A DNA stretch of 32,000 bases, from positions 507,634 through 539,633 of the forward strand of contig NW_008806280.1 in the NCBI RefSeq assembly GCF_000400465.1, read 5' to 3'. Shown here one piece after another: positions 10,475 through 23,270 of this stretch (positions within the stretch are counted from its first letter, which is position 1; every line of letters starts with the position of its first letter). Source of the DNA: Wallemia ichthyophaga EXF-994 (lineage: Eukaryota; Fungi; Basidiomycota). The notes beneath the pieces are model-generated. The model searched no databases and was not told the origin of the DNA. It was given only the letters and a program-made list of their open reading frames with translations. The translations under genes were made by a program, and so were the position numbers.

Positions 10475-12379
10475 ATGACGATGATGTCGACGATGACGAG
10501 GTTTCAGGATCCGCTTGTAGCATTCCCACCAGAGCTTGTGCTGCGCATAATATCAGAATTAGATGTTAGCAGTTTATCAGCGATGCGTGAATGCAGTAAA
10601 TCTTGGAACACATTTGTAGACGTACACGAGGAAGTTCTTTTCACGCTTATTAGAGATAAACAAGGTAGATTGTTTGAGGATGCATTGAATACACTTGAGA
10701 GCGTTGGCGGGGGATACGATAAGTGTAATAATTGGAGAGATCTTTGTGAGTTATATAATTATATTCACGCATTAAAACTAAACCCATATTCAGTCATCAA
10801 TGACAATAAAGTTCAATCTAATATCAAATCTAATCATCCAAAGATTTTTGAGCGTTTCGTAAACACTGGTATGACCCTTACTTGGAGATTTAAGCCGGAT
10901 TTTGATTTGAATTTCGTTGTCATCACTGCACATCAAGGTGGAGTCAAAGTCTTTGATTTAAATACTTCAGAAGCTCTATGGGAAATTCCAGAGGTAAAAA
11001 TTTCTTGTTTCAGATGTCACCTCACTCACTCCTTCATAGGAAGAAGTACGCCCGCACGCACACCTCGAATATTCCAATGGTCACTTCTGTATCGATCGCT
11101 TTGGAAATGCTTTGGAGGTTTGGAGGAGAAATGACATTGAAAATGCTTATAGAGGTGAGCATGATGAGATGCTCCCAGAGAATCGTGGTCATTTCACTCG
11201 CGTTGCCATTCTACCCCATGAAAGAGAGACTAGAGGTTTTCAATTAGACTACCCACACCTCTCCGTTGTTTCTAGTGAAGGTCACGGATATCTCTACGAC
11301 GTATCAGGCACACCTAGTTTAATCCGTCAGGTTGATATCGAACGAGGCGCAATTGGTCACCTCGATCAGTGTCCAGCTGCTATTGTCTTCTCGATTGGCA
11401 CAAATGGCTATCACTTCCACAGCAAAACTGATGGTAGACTGATGGGTACATTTCCACCTCAGGAAAGCAATCTCACTCCTGCTAACTACTTCCACGCCCA
11501 TCACCCTCAACCACCAATGCCAGGTGGTAGCGCTGGTACTGAGAATATACCTGCTCCAAGTCAGCATGTCGAGAATACACGACTCGGAAATGGAACACTC
11601 CAAGAAAATCCACCTTCGAGACCTAGAACGCACGAAATGGCAAGTCTTCAAGGTGACGATTGGGGAGCAGGTATGATAGATGGACCGTACTTTGTCGGAA
11701 TAAGTAGGTCAGGTAGATTAGTACTGTGCTCAGATTGGGAAGCTACACTCGCAACACCCTCATTGGCATCGCAAACGGTCAGCGTACTTGAGTCGGAGAC
11801 TGATGACTCGAGGTTTGATCTCGGAGGCTGGCTAAGTGTGAGGCACGGAAAGGTGCTATTCGAAGTTTCTGATAGGATATATATCCTCCATTTACCACCT
11901 CAAGGAGAGTTGTTAAATCCAGCGACAGCACCACCAATACAAACAGTACCTTCAAACTCATACGCACAACTTCCAGTGCCGATTAGTTACATGTCGGTGC
12001 ACTCTGATGCTGTCATGTCTACATACGCCACACTACTATTCAATGCGGTGAGAATTGGAGTGGCGAAACACATAAGAATTCTTTCATTCGCAGGTGAAGT
12101 GGATGATAGTAGTAAGTGGATAGATCCGCAGTCTCCTGAAAATGAGGATCCTCATAGAAGTGCGTGTACGATTGCATGAATTGTGAAGATTTTAACGAAA
12201 GTTCAGATTTTATACTGGAAGTAATGCAAGATAATGCCAACATGCTGGTACCAGAAGATGAAGATGAAATAGAGAATATAATAGAAGATTTTGATCAAGA
12301 CGAGCAGGATTGGGAGGATGTAAGTGAGGAGAGTGAGGAGGGGGAGAATAGAGGGGAGAGAATTGATCAGGTATTGTAG
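10475..12379 (+). CDS. F-box protein with putative beta-propeller-like C-terminal region, multi-exon
   Basis: F-box DPLVAFPPELVLRIISELDVSSLSAMRECSKSW. Introns near 10746, 10993 and 12160 link the ORFs 10475-11134, 11112-12179 and 12164-12379. The tail is acidic. Confidence 0.75.
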
Positions 12380-12780
12380 AAATTACAGAAATTACAGAAA
12401 TTTTCAGTTGAAATATTCACTTGATCCGAATTATGCATAAATTAAATTACCAATTTAGATACGTGAAGACTGTTGGGGCAGATATGAAGATAGGGGAAAT
12501 AGGGGGAAAGTGGAAAAAGGGATATATAGCTCTATTAAATACATATAGACTCTATGAATAAATATAAATATTTAAAATCTCAAAATAATTTTAATTGAAA
12601 TGCCGAACGAATTGCGCAATCAGAATGCCTTGGACACAACCACCATCAAGCGCTTGAATTGCATAATAAACTAAATTAATTGACCAGTCAAGTTCTTAAT
12701 TGAAATTTGGCTAAATACTGGTCAATCTCCCTCTTAACGATTAAGCAACGTATCTCTCTTTTTCTTTAATTCTTAGGCAA

Positions 12781-15700
12781 ATGAGTGAGTTGGCGTGGTT
12801 TATAACACTTGTTACGTCATTAACGGTTAACACAGACTCATCCGCAACTCAACTTTCCTCTCCTCCAGCCTCACCTGCTCATCGATTCATTTCTATCCAC
12901 GAAGCTTCTCATTTCGATCGCAGGCAATCAGCAGCTCAAGCAGCCCCAGGAATTCCAATTACTCCTTCCTCTGAATCTTACCTACCATTTCCACGTTCAG
13001 CTTCACCAGCACCTGCAACTCTAGCCCCTTCTCCATCTCTCTCACACGCCGTCGTTAGCTCCCCGCTAGCTGTACACGCAACTCTCTCTCCACCAGCCAC
13101 ACCTTCACTAGCAAAGAGACCTCTCAACCCAATCACTCATAGCCCACGTTCGTCCATTGCCTCTGTTACTTCCCCAACCCACAGGCAATCTATGGCTCTC
13201 GCTGTCTCTTTGTCCTTGGCTGGTAGCGTCGCCTCTTCTAGATGTTCCTCTAGTTCCGCTCAATCTCGTCTTTCTTCTAGAAGGTCTTCTCTCAGTGACT
13301 ACCCTTCAAAATGGTCAGATGAAGGCGGTGACGAAAGAGACAGCGACGATGATCAAGGCTGCGATATTTTTAAACTCGGTGATGTCTTTGGTGAAGGTTA
13401 CGATTTTCAAGGTCAACCTGTTAGATCTGTTGAATTAGGCACTCAAACTCAACAAAGATTAACTGACAGACCAAAGAAGATGGAAGTTGTTAAAAAATTA
13501 GGTACTGGCTCTTACGCTGCTGTTTACGCGATGAAAGAAATTCTTCAATCCGATCACGATTCAGATGAGGATGATTTCGAATTATCTGGCGTACCTAACA
13601 AAAATGTTAACAAGGGTGGACAACCAAGAATGTTTGCTTTAAAGGCTTTATCAAAGAAGAATCTGGATGATTCTCAACTTGAAATTCAAATGTATGAGGC
13701 GAGGATACATCAATCTCTACCGGTAAACCAAAACATTGTCACGCTTTATCACACACTTGAAACTTCCAATTGGTTATTTTTGTTGATGGAGTACTGTCCA
13801 GGTCAAGATCTTTACTATTGGTTACAAGGTAGATTAGATGAATCTAGTCTGGATTTAGATGAAGAATCTGATCAAGAAGTCAGCATGTCCAATGAAATGA
13901 CTCCTTCTGCCTCCACGTTAGCTGCTACTCCTTTAGCTAGAAACGGTCACTCTCTAATGGATAAATATTTGGGTGGAGTAGGCAACAAAACTCCTTCAAC
14001 TCCCTCTTTGTTGGCAAATGTTGACACAAGAAATACTATGGAAGGTAGAGCCAGACTCAGACTCATCTCAAGAATGTTCGAATCAATGTGTGAAGCTGTG
14101 GCAGTTTGTCATGATAACGGTATAAGTCACAGAGATATCAAGCCAGAGAACTTTATTGTGACTGACGGTGTGGATGTCATTCAACTTGGCGATGGTAGAA
14201 CTAAAAAGGAGAGAAAGGTTATTTGCAAGCTAACTGATTTTGGTCTTTCCACCTTCGATACTCAGTCATCTGACTTTGATTGTGGCAGCAAGTCATATAT
14301 GGCGTTTGAATGTCGCAATAATCTTAACCCAACTTACAATCCAAAACCAGCTGATGTATGGTCACTTGGTATAGTACTCCTCAATATGCTCTTTAAGCGT
14401 AATCCATGGGGCGAACCAAGTGTTGAAGCAGATGAGTCATTCGACTACTATTGCCAGGATCCTCAAATGTTCTTGACTGGTGCATTTGCTTTAACTGAAC
14501 CAGCAGCTGAATTTTTGGCAAAGAATGTCTTATGTGAAGAGACTAAAGATCATCATAGAGTTGGTGCTCGAGAGTTTGGTAGATGGGCAAGAGATTTACA
14601 TAAGCATGTAGAATTGCCAAACCAACCTAGCCCATTATCAAATTCCATCAGACCAGCTGTACTTGGTAATAGTTTTACACCCTTGAATATACCATCAAGA
14701 CCACAATCACCTGTCAAGCTGTCTCGTTCAGATGTACTTAACAACAACTTTTCAGAGATTGCAAACACATCTTCACCTAGACTTAACAAGGTTGCCACAG
14801 GAAATGAAGACTTTGATCCAGATTTGGATGACACTTTACCTTCTCCATTACCAATGCCGGAGAGGAAATTGGAATCTGAAAACGAAATGAATAGAATGGT
14901 TGAAGAAGCTACTCCAAGAGTGACAAAATCGTCACCAAACAAGTCTGCCTTGTTAGAATTTGAAGACAGGGACGACATTACACCGGGACAAAAATCATCA
15001 ATGTCATTCCAGAAGAACAAACCAACTAAAGTACAGAGAGAAAGTTTCGAACACACGACAACACCAACGATGGCAACTGCGTGGAATTCATATGGACAAC
15101 GTAGGGATAGAATTGGAAAAAGGCAACAAGCTGCGAATCAAAGTGGAGGTGGAGGTGGAAATGTTACACCAAATGGTTCAACACCATCAAACCACACAAG
15201 TCCAACAAAATCTACTACCCCAAGTAAACCGGGATTCAGACCTTTGAATACATCAGCACCTGCTCAAGGTGGGATATCGAAGGAAGCACCTAACAAACCC
15301 GTTGGAGTTTACAGACCACCAGCTGCTAGAAAGGAAAAAGATAATAAAGAGATAGGATATGGGGAGAAGAAAGTTTATAACAATGGGAACGTGAATGAGA
15401 ATGCAAATACAAACAAAGATGCTACCACTGCTAATGCTAATGAGTGCGTTAAGTTGCCACTGCCAGTTTGGAGACGGAATACTTCCAAACTGGTAGATAG
15501 TAAAAAGGCCAATAGGTCTAACACTACTTCAGGCAGAGGCAAGCAGAATTACGTAAAATGCAATCGCAAGTACCGTACAAGTCGTCCAGTTTTAAGGTGA
15601 GTATTGGTGGGATAATTGACGAAATAGAAATTAACAAAAAACGCAGACCGGTCCTCACAAGCCAACAACAAAAGGCAACAACAACGGATACCAAGGTGCC

Positions 15701-15908
15701 AATCAAGCCACCAAATCGGCAACCAATTCGTCGACGCATAGAGCAAACGAGAGCGGACAAAGAGCGATTGCGTCAAGACAACAACCAACAAGAGAATTGG
15801 AGACCGATAGCCAACAAACGAGCAAATCGTATAACAAGCACAAACCGACAAAGACTTTTGAACACATCCAGCAAGCGCCGAAATCAAGCAGGCCATTTGC
15901 AAGGCTAG
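12781..15908 (+). CDS. Ser/Thr protein kinase of the RAN (Pat1/Ksp1/Sks1) family
   Basis: KLGTGSYAAVY, FALKAL, HRDIKPEN, KLTDFGL, SSDFDCGSKSYMAFEC and ADVWSLGIVLLNMLFKRNPW motifs. Intron 15597-15646 (GTGAGT...TTAAC...CGCAG) joins the main ORF in frame to ORF 15558-15908. A first intron is probable at 12785-12835. Confidence 0.9.
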
Positions 15909-16177
15909 TTGGATTACCGTTTGGACATGTTCATAGTGAGAGATAGTGCACATAACAAAGGTACAACTTGAACAAGAAATTGATCCAATGAAATGAACTA
16001 AACTGAAAAAAAGATGAAAAAATAAGAAAAACGAAACTTGAAACTTATTTTTCTAAATTTTTTGTAACCACCACTACATGATGAATAAAAAAAAAGTTGT
16101 ACTTTATATCTTTTGGGGGGTATTTCTGTCGCGTAGAACGCACGTATCACCCATCACCCATCGTCACCCACAATGAG

Positions 16178-16891
16178 ATGGAAGTAAATAAAAATTATTT
16201 GAGAGTTGATACGAATATCCTTTTGGAGCTGATTGGGTTCATGTTGTCTAGGCTGGTGCAGCATAATGATCAATTACCGCTAGATAGAAATAAGCTTACT
16301 AGATTTCATTCGAGGGGAGCACCGGGAATATCAATCAACGATTATCTCAGTAGGATACATAAGTATACGAATACTGATGTGGGTGGTGTGCTATTGTAAC
16401 TCTCACGCTTACACCAGCTCAAGCCTTGCTGTTTACTAATTCTACTCATTTACATTGATAGAATAAGCGTAATTCTACCCGAGTTGACTATAACAAGCTT
16501 GACAGTACACAGATTCATCATCACTGCTATCACCGTCTCGTCTAAAGCCCTATGCGATGTTTTCTGCACGGCGAGCCATTACTCCAAGGTTGGCGGTATT
16601 TCACTCAATGAGTTGAATTTATTGGAGAGGGAGTTCTTGCGTATTATCGACTGGAATCTCACTTGCGATAACAAGCAATTAGAAGAGTATTACTTGAATC
16701 TAGTGAATAGCCATCCCAACTATACGCTTGGTGGGGGTGATGGTGATGAGGATATACACACACCTAACGACGACGCTATTACTCTTTATGCCTGCTCGCC
16801 TACCCACTCAAAACCACAAATCATTCCGCAATCGAGACCAAACCACCAAGACATCACCGAATCACCACAGCAACGTCGACGACTGAGTTGA
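16178..16891 (+). CDS. PHO80: Pho80/PREG-type cyclin
   Basis: HNDQLPL...LTRFHSRGAPGISINDYLSRI, then after an intron starting at 16379, CLLILLIYIDRI...LTVHRFIITAITVSSKALCDVFCTASHYSKVGGISLNELNLLEREFL. Confidence 0.88.
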
Positions 16892-16939
16892 TTTTAATAC
16901 ATAAATTTGTACCAATATACATAGATTGATTTTTGTACT

Positions 16940-18089
16940 CTACAGTCTATTTATAACACTCGCCTTGGCTTTGGGTGAGATCGGGTTCTTGTCTGCAAAG
17001 TACGCCAGCAAGAGCTGCGTGGAGATGAACTTGACGCCTTCTGATTTGCTGTCCAGTCGTCCCAGTGTGTCTCCCTATAAATGTTGTTAGATACACACTC
17101 ACCACACAACACAACACACACCTTGTACGACAACACCAAGTCGCCACTCCTTGTCTTTGTCAAAGTCAGTTCATCGCCTTTTGGTACCTTGCTTGGAGGG
17201 AAAAATGACTTGAAAGTCTGCAGCGACTCGTTGACTTGCTTTGAGGGGGGTATTAGTGTGAATGCCGATGTGGGTGTGGAAACTCACCTGCGACTCCTCA
17301 GCGCCCAGCTGTGATGTCTTCATACGCGCCTGAACAGCGCGGACGAATCCATCTCTGAGGTGGCCAAAGTCTGTGTTGCGCACGGGCACTGCGTCAGCAA
17401 GTTAGCAAGTTAGTGCATGTCTTGTCTAATCCTCCACGCACCGATCCTGACTGCAAATGTGTATGGGCTGGTGATCAGCCTCTCCATAAGTTTCTCGCCA
17501 ACCATGTCGCTATCCTGCGAGGCTGTCCTGGTGAGTTTCTCCTTGACGTTCTGGGAGTGGTTTAAGTCAGGTCGGGATGCGCAGTCCGTGGACAGCTTCG
17601 CCACCCACCTCCACGGCAGACAATGCTGAGTGTGCGCTCTCCTCGGCGTATATACCCAGCGAATACACGCGTATACTGAGGAAAGAGACGGTACGCACAC
17701 CCAAGCCAAGCAGCTTGAGCGCTCCGCTGTCGTGTACACTCGCAACCTCATTAGGGAACTTCACCCCGGTATCGCTGTCTTTGCTCAAGTGTGATTCGAG
17801 GTCTTGTAATACGCCGGCCAGGATGGGCTTTGTCGGGGTGTTGGGGGTGTCTAATCTGATGGTATCTGCATCTGCATCTGGGGCGTTGTGAGGTGCGCCA
17901 AGTATCTTCTCAAGACCCACTGTGGCTGTAGTAGGCGAGCACGAGGAGCATCGATGTGGCTCCAGCCACTGCAAGCCTGCCTGTCCTGTGTGCAGTCAAG
18001 CCCTGGCTCTTTGCGATGCTCTTCGATATGTTTCTCACGTTCGCTTGTCGCTGTGCCTGTACACCTCGATGCGCTAATTGGCGGAACAT
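16940..18089 (-). CDS. AIM18: Chalcone-isomerase-fold mitochondrial protein (Aim18/Aim46 family), multi-exon
   Basis: Basic presequence-like start MFRQLAHRG... plus a hydrophobic segment; family motifs LLGLGVRTVSFLSIRVYSLGIY and PVRNTDFGHLRDGFVR; last exon ...LLLAYFADKNPISPKAKASVINRL* with the stop at 16940-16942. Aim18 versus Aim46 cannot be resolved. Confidence 0.8.
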
Positions 18090-18184
18090 GAGTTGGTGGT
18101 GTTGTTAGGAGACGAGTTGCAAAGGTTTGGATTATATGCACCAAGCACCAAGCACAAATCACACAATACAAACAATTTTATTAG

Positions 18185-19709
18185 CTAATGCATCCGTCGG
18201 AACACAACAATATCACCACGTCGTCTGCTATCCTCATGCAAAACCGTGTTGAAGAGGGATAAAGTGACCTCGTATTGCTTCAGCAACTCAGCGTGCAAAT
18301 CACTATAATCGATGAGCAGAGCCTCAAAGACTATGACGACATCCTCAAGATGTCTCTTTCTCATAAACTCTACCGGCGACGCGTAAAAGACGTCCTCCTC
18401 GTTGTATCCACCGGGCTCGCATTGGACAGCATAGAGGGTGAGGTCGGGTCTGTGTATGTGCGACTGCCACGGCGTAGAATGGCACGGCATGTAGAAGCCT
18501 ACACTGCGCACCCCACTAACTTCCCCTACCCACTCAGATACCTCTACTTGACCGCGCATGTGTGTGGTGAGGAGATAGAGCGCAGGTATCACACCCACAG
18601 CCAACCATTTGACTGTCTTCTTACTCAAATTCATCCGCGATGCTGTCAACGCCATCGCTATTGGTAGGAGTGGCTGGATGAAGCGCCATTCTTTGTGTGC
18701 GATGAGCGTGTAAACACCTGTGACAAATATCAGAGTATTTCGCAGCGCTTTCTCGGTAGGTGTGCGCATATCGACCACCGCTTTGTATGTATAGACGATG
18801 CTCGTGTTGAGGAGAATCGGCCATGCCTGTGTAACGTAGTAGAGCGCGCTACTCGTTCCGTAGAAATGCGACACCGAGTTGATTATGTTGCTCTGTATGA
18901 ATCTCACCGGAGTGATTGTGAATGAGCCGTATACCATAGAGTCGAGGGACACAACGGAAATCAGAGCAAATAGCCTGTGGGTATTTTAGGCTGGTGATAT
19001 AGGTAGTAACACATCACTCACCCTACTCCGACTGCCAACATGAGCGCGCTTAGTCGGTTAACGGTTCTTCTTATCAACAAATCAGCCGCTAGGGGTATCC
19101 ATATGAGTACGTTGGTCGGGCGTATTGCCGCCGCTAAAGATATCACCACCAGCGACTTGGTTAACTGGAATTTGCTGTTCAGTGTCAGAAGTGTTGATCA
19201 TATACACATCACCTGCCCTCTGCTAGACCTGCGAAAGGGCCAATAAAACAAAGCTACACTAGTCAAAGCTGCTTCAGCGGTATTTGATAAAGATCTATGT
19301 CGGGTATAGAGGTCATAGACATTGGTGAAGGCTAGCAGAGTCTGGTTGGGTATAAGGAACGTGTCCTATGATGGCAGAGACCCACATAAGACATGGCTTT
19401 CTCATTGCCGTATTCTCTCCTCATAAAGGCGATCAAGGCGATATCCTGTATAGCCGCGAATAAAGCGTTGAGGATCTTTGGAGTGACTTGGACTGGGATA
19501 TTCGCCCAATCACCTAAGGTATATCCAACAGCGTAGATGGCTGGGTAGGCTACAGAACGGATTCGATTTTCCCACTCCCAAGTCAAATAGCCAAATCCAT
19601 AGCGCATCCAGTGTGCGACTTCTAGAGACTGGAAATATTCATCTGGTTGGAAGTAGGTACGTGTAGACAGAGATAGAATTAGTCTCAGTAAGAGGATTAC
19701 TATCAACAT
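18185..19709 (-). CDS. GPI10: GPI mannosyltransferase 3 (PIG-B, GT22 family), multi-exon
   Basis: TYFQPDEYFQSLEVAH, LTWEW, RSVAYP, SNTAEAALT, RPTN, HKEWRFIQPLLP and MPCHSTPWQSHIH motifs. Confidence 0.93.
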
Positions 19710-19744
19710 GGAAGCAAGAAGACAAGGAGGCGATAATAAATAAA

Positions 19745-20749
19745 TTACATGAGCTTGTTAAAAATCTTCTTGAGTAGGGTGAACTGAGGGATGAACATTG
19801 CGACGTGATTCCGGTACTCGTTGTAGGAGGGATACTTTGACAAAGAGATACTCTCTGTGAGTCTGGTAGATGCCTCGAACAGAAGTGACATAGACAGTGG
19901 TGATATGAAGACGCTCAATAGATCTACACCGTCCAATTTGGTTCCTAGAACAACCAGCAACGACCAAATCCACCAATTAAGCTGCTCGAATGCAAAGTTT
20001 GGGTGCCTGGAGATAGCAAATAAGCCCGAACTGTTGAATCCATCTGCGTAGAGTTTCTTCTCTTTTGGAGTGAGTAAATCCTTTTCACTTGCTATCTTTG
20101 TAGAAGAAGCTCTCTTCCAAGATTGATAAGCGTATTGTTGATTATCGGCGATGAACTCGGCTGTGATATTGGCAACACCCAATCCAAAGATGAGATAATC
20201 GTTGCGATTCACGTCATATTGCGGGGTCTTGGCGATGATAAGTGCAGGGATACCTGTGATCAAGTGGAGAATATTCTGTGCAATCGCCACGAAGAAGAGG
20301 TTCAGAAGCTTGAATTGCCACCAGTTCAACTTCCCCCTCACAATGGGCCATCGATAGTCCTCCGAAGCAAAAGCCATGAGACCTCTTCTGGCGGTGTTGA
20401 ATGTTAGCCTCGCGGACCAAATAAGTTGTAATGTGAGCAGCAATAGGGCTCTTTGATTTACGGTTGAATAGAGAATTGAAGTCAGTGGAATTGAAGGGGG
20501 TGCTTGAAGGTAAGTTTTAAAAGCGAGATCGAATGCAGGAATCACGGTGTATAATAGCGGGAGAATTGTCCATACGCGATCAACCTGTGAGACGTTTGAG
20601 GTGATCTCACTAATGCTATATGTCCAGATAGTGTTATATACGCATGCGAGTACCATGAGCTGATCTGTGGATGCATTCAAGTAAATCTCTTTAAGGTTAG
20701 CTGAGTGAGTTATTAGCCGAGTGTAGCTATAAACATCGAGATTGAACAT
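19745..20749 (-). CDS. DUF1295 membrane protein (steroid 5-alpha-reductase-like superfamily)
   Basis: 334-aa intronless ORF with NVSQVDRVWTILP, EDYRW, IADNQQ, GLFAISRHPNFAFEQ and TESISLSKYPSYNEY motifs. Confidence 0.88.
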   Translation of the reverse strand: MFNLDVYSYTRLITHSANLKEIYLNASTDQLMVLACVYNTIWTYSISEITSNVSQVDRVWTILPLLYTVIPAFDLAFKTYLQAPPSIPLTSILYSTVNQRALLLLTLQLIWSARLTFNTARRGLMAFASEDYRWPIVRGKLNWWQFKLLNLFFVAIAQNILHLITGIPALIIAKTPQYDVNRNDYLIFGLGVANITAEFIADNQQYAYQSWKRASSTKIASEKDLLTPKEKKLYADGFNSSGLFAISRHPNFAFEQLNWWIWSLLVVLGTKLDGVDLLSVFISPLSMSLLFEASTRLTESISLSKYPSYNEYRNHVAMFIPQFTLLKKIFNKLM

Positions 20750-21048
20750 GGTGGCGTGTAAGCTAAGAAACGCGGTGTGGATTCATACCACTGCTTATGA
20801 ATATACAAAGAATACGTAGAAATCACTTCTATTGCCCTTTTCTTCCTCCATAAATCTCACCTCGCGTCTTTAACGGGACAAGTGGCTTAACTTGGCGAAA
20901 CCGACCGACGGTAAATACCCGCTTGAAAGAATCCTTTAACGGCAACCACCATCATCAAAACAACAAATGTCATTTATTACAATTCTAATTTTTTCGTGAT
21001 TTCTGACTCGTACGCTTTTCGAAGCACGCCAACCAACTGGGATTGAGA

Positions 21049-22969
21049 ATGCACAGGAGATTTTTACAGCAGAAGCGCTTACAGAGCTCGTCTACTAAGA
21101 ATCTCATTCCAATCAGGACATCTCTAAAGGGCGCTGGTTTGCTTCAGCAGCCCGTCCTCAATAAAGGCTCTGCGTTTAGTAGAGAAGAGAGAGAGATTTT
21201 CCAGGTAGACGGACACATCCCATACGATGTACACAGCCTGGAGAAGCAAATGGTTAGAGCCTATGCTCAGTTTAAGAGACAGCCAAGCAACATCCTTAAG
21301 GTATTTTCATCCCTTCAGCCATGTCTTGTCTCTAAAACCTACACAGCACGCCTTCTTAGCCTCACTCAGAGACCAAAATCAAATTCTGTTTTATGCCTTG
21401 GTTAGCAGCAGGCTCAAGGAAATGCTACCGGTATTGTGAGCATTCTCATTGGCTGTTATTTTTAGCTCACTCGGCTTACTCCCCAGATACACTCCAACTG
21501 TCGGTGAAGCTGTCAGTCAATACTCAGATCTCTTTAGAAGACCTATTGGTTGCTTCCTCAGTTTACCCACTGCTCACACTATGAGAGAGCAACTCCAATC
21601 ACACGCCAATGCCGCTTTTCGTTACAAATATCCACCAGGCATGAAAAATTCAGACACCGAGAGACCTTTCGATATTGTCGTCGTTACCGACAGTGAAGGT
21701 ATTCTTGGTATCGGTGATCAGGGTGTCGGTGGTATCTCGATTTCCACTTCAAAGGCTGCTCTCTACGTAGCAGGTGCTGGCGTTGATCCAAACCGCATTC
21801 TCTCTGTTGTACTCGACGTTGGCACTGACAACCACACTCTCTTCGCCAACCCTCTATACATGGGTTACAAGCACGTCAGAACTAGGGGCGTTGCATACGA
21901 TCATTTTGTCCATCAATTCATGATGAACATCAAGGAGCTCTTCCCAGGTGCTTTGGTTCACTTTGAAGATTTTGGTTTGAACAACGCCGCAAGACTCCTC
22001 GAAACTTACAAGCCCGTATTGCCATGTTTCAATGACGACATTGAAGGTACTGGTGCTGTTGCTCTTGCTGCAACCATGTCTGCTATCGGTGTCACTAAAT
22101 CTAAACTCTGCGATCAAAGAATTGTCGTTTACGGTGCAGGTACCGCTGGTATGGGTATCGCAAACCAAATTAGAGATGCCATGATAGAAGTCGATGGCCT
22201 CACGTTAGAGGAAGCCAATAGCAGATTCTGGTGCATCGACAGAGACGGTCTTCTTCTCAAGAGCAATCCTAGATTGCAGGGTAGTCAACATGATTACGCT
22301 CGCGATGACGAAGAGGTTAGAGATTGGACGAGAGAAATCCAAGAGCAACCTAATTTGCGCATCCTCGATGTGGTAAAGGCAGTCAAGCCAACCATGCTTG
22401 TTGGATGCTCTACCAACGCACGCTCATTCAACGAAGATGTTATCAGGACGATGGCTGAGCATGTGGAAAGGCCAATCATCTTCCCAATGTCGAACCCTAC
22501 ATCCCTCGTCGAGGTCGACCCAGCTGATGCCAACGAGTGGACCGACGGTAGAGCTCTAATTGCTACAGGCTCACCATTCCCACCTGCCAAGAACCCAATC
22601 ACTGGAAAAGATTACTTTATTGCTGAAGCAAACAACGCACTCATTTACCCTGGTTTAGGTTTAGGTACTATTGCATCCAGATCATCAAAGATGAGCAAAG
22701 GTATGATCTTGGCTGGTGTTAAAGCTTTAGCTAGTGCGTCACCTGCATTGGAGGATCCAGATGCACCACTCTTGCCTGACTTGGCTGGAGTTAGAAAAGT
22801 TAGCTTGCAGATCGCCGCTGCTGTCGTCAGGCAAGCTATGGAGGAAGGCGTTGCCAATATTAATCTTAAAAAGGATGATGATGCTATCATCGAACATATC
22901 AAATTTGGTATGTGGGATCCAGTTTATAGACCTTTAGAGTTAGAACCGGAGGATTTAACGAGTGATTAA
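21049..22969 (+). CDS. MAE1: NAD(P)-dependent malic enzyme, multi-exon; start codon uncertain
   Basis: LNKGSAFSREER, YTPTVGEA, VVTDSEGILGIGDQG, LDVGTDN, HFEDFG, FNDDIEGTG, GAGTAG, PIIFPMSNP and NNALIYPGLGLG motifs. Introns start at about 21301 and about 21435. Confidence 0.95.
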
Positions 22970-23270
22970 AATTTCTACTTGAATTACACTCCACGGACGT
23001 TTATAGAATTATTGCATAAACTTATATACCAAAAATACTATCTTTTCCTGCTTCTCTAGAGGTTTTCTAATAAATACTTTGCCATATGTGGTTATGCATT
23101 CTTGGAAACTCGGAGTAATGGGCCTCAACGTAGGCACAAAAGAATATTTTTTCCAATTAAGTCGCATTTATGTTTCCATAGTTTACAAAAATCAACAAAT
23201 ACATTTGAGAGTGAGAGCGTGCGAGAGTAAAACTTTCATCCGTTGACAAGAAAAATCCTTCTATACCCCT

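Noticed and set aside
12379-12405. Short AGAAATTAC tandem repeat after the F-box gene
   Set aside because: About 2.7 copies in AT-rich 3' flank, consistent with ordinary slippage.
19700-19750. Possible spliced fusion of DUF1295 with GPI10 via GTAATT...GATAG
   Set aside because: The donor is phase 2 and the acceptor phase 1, so the join would be out of frame.
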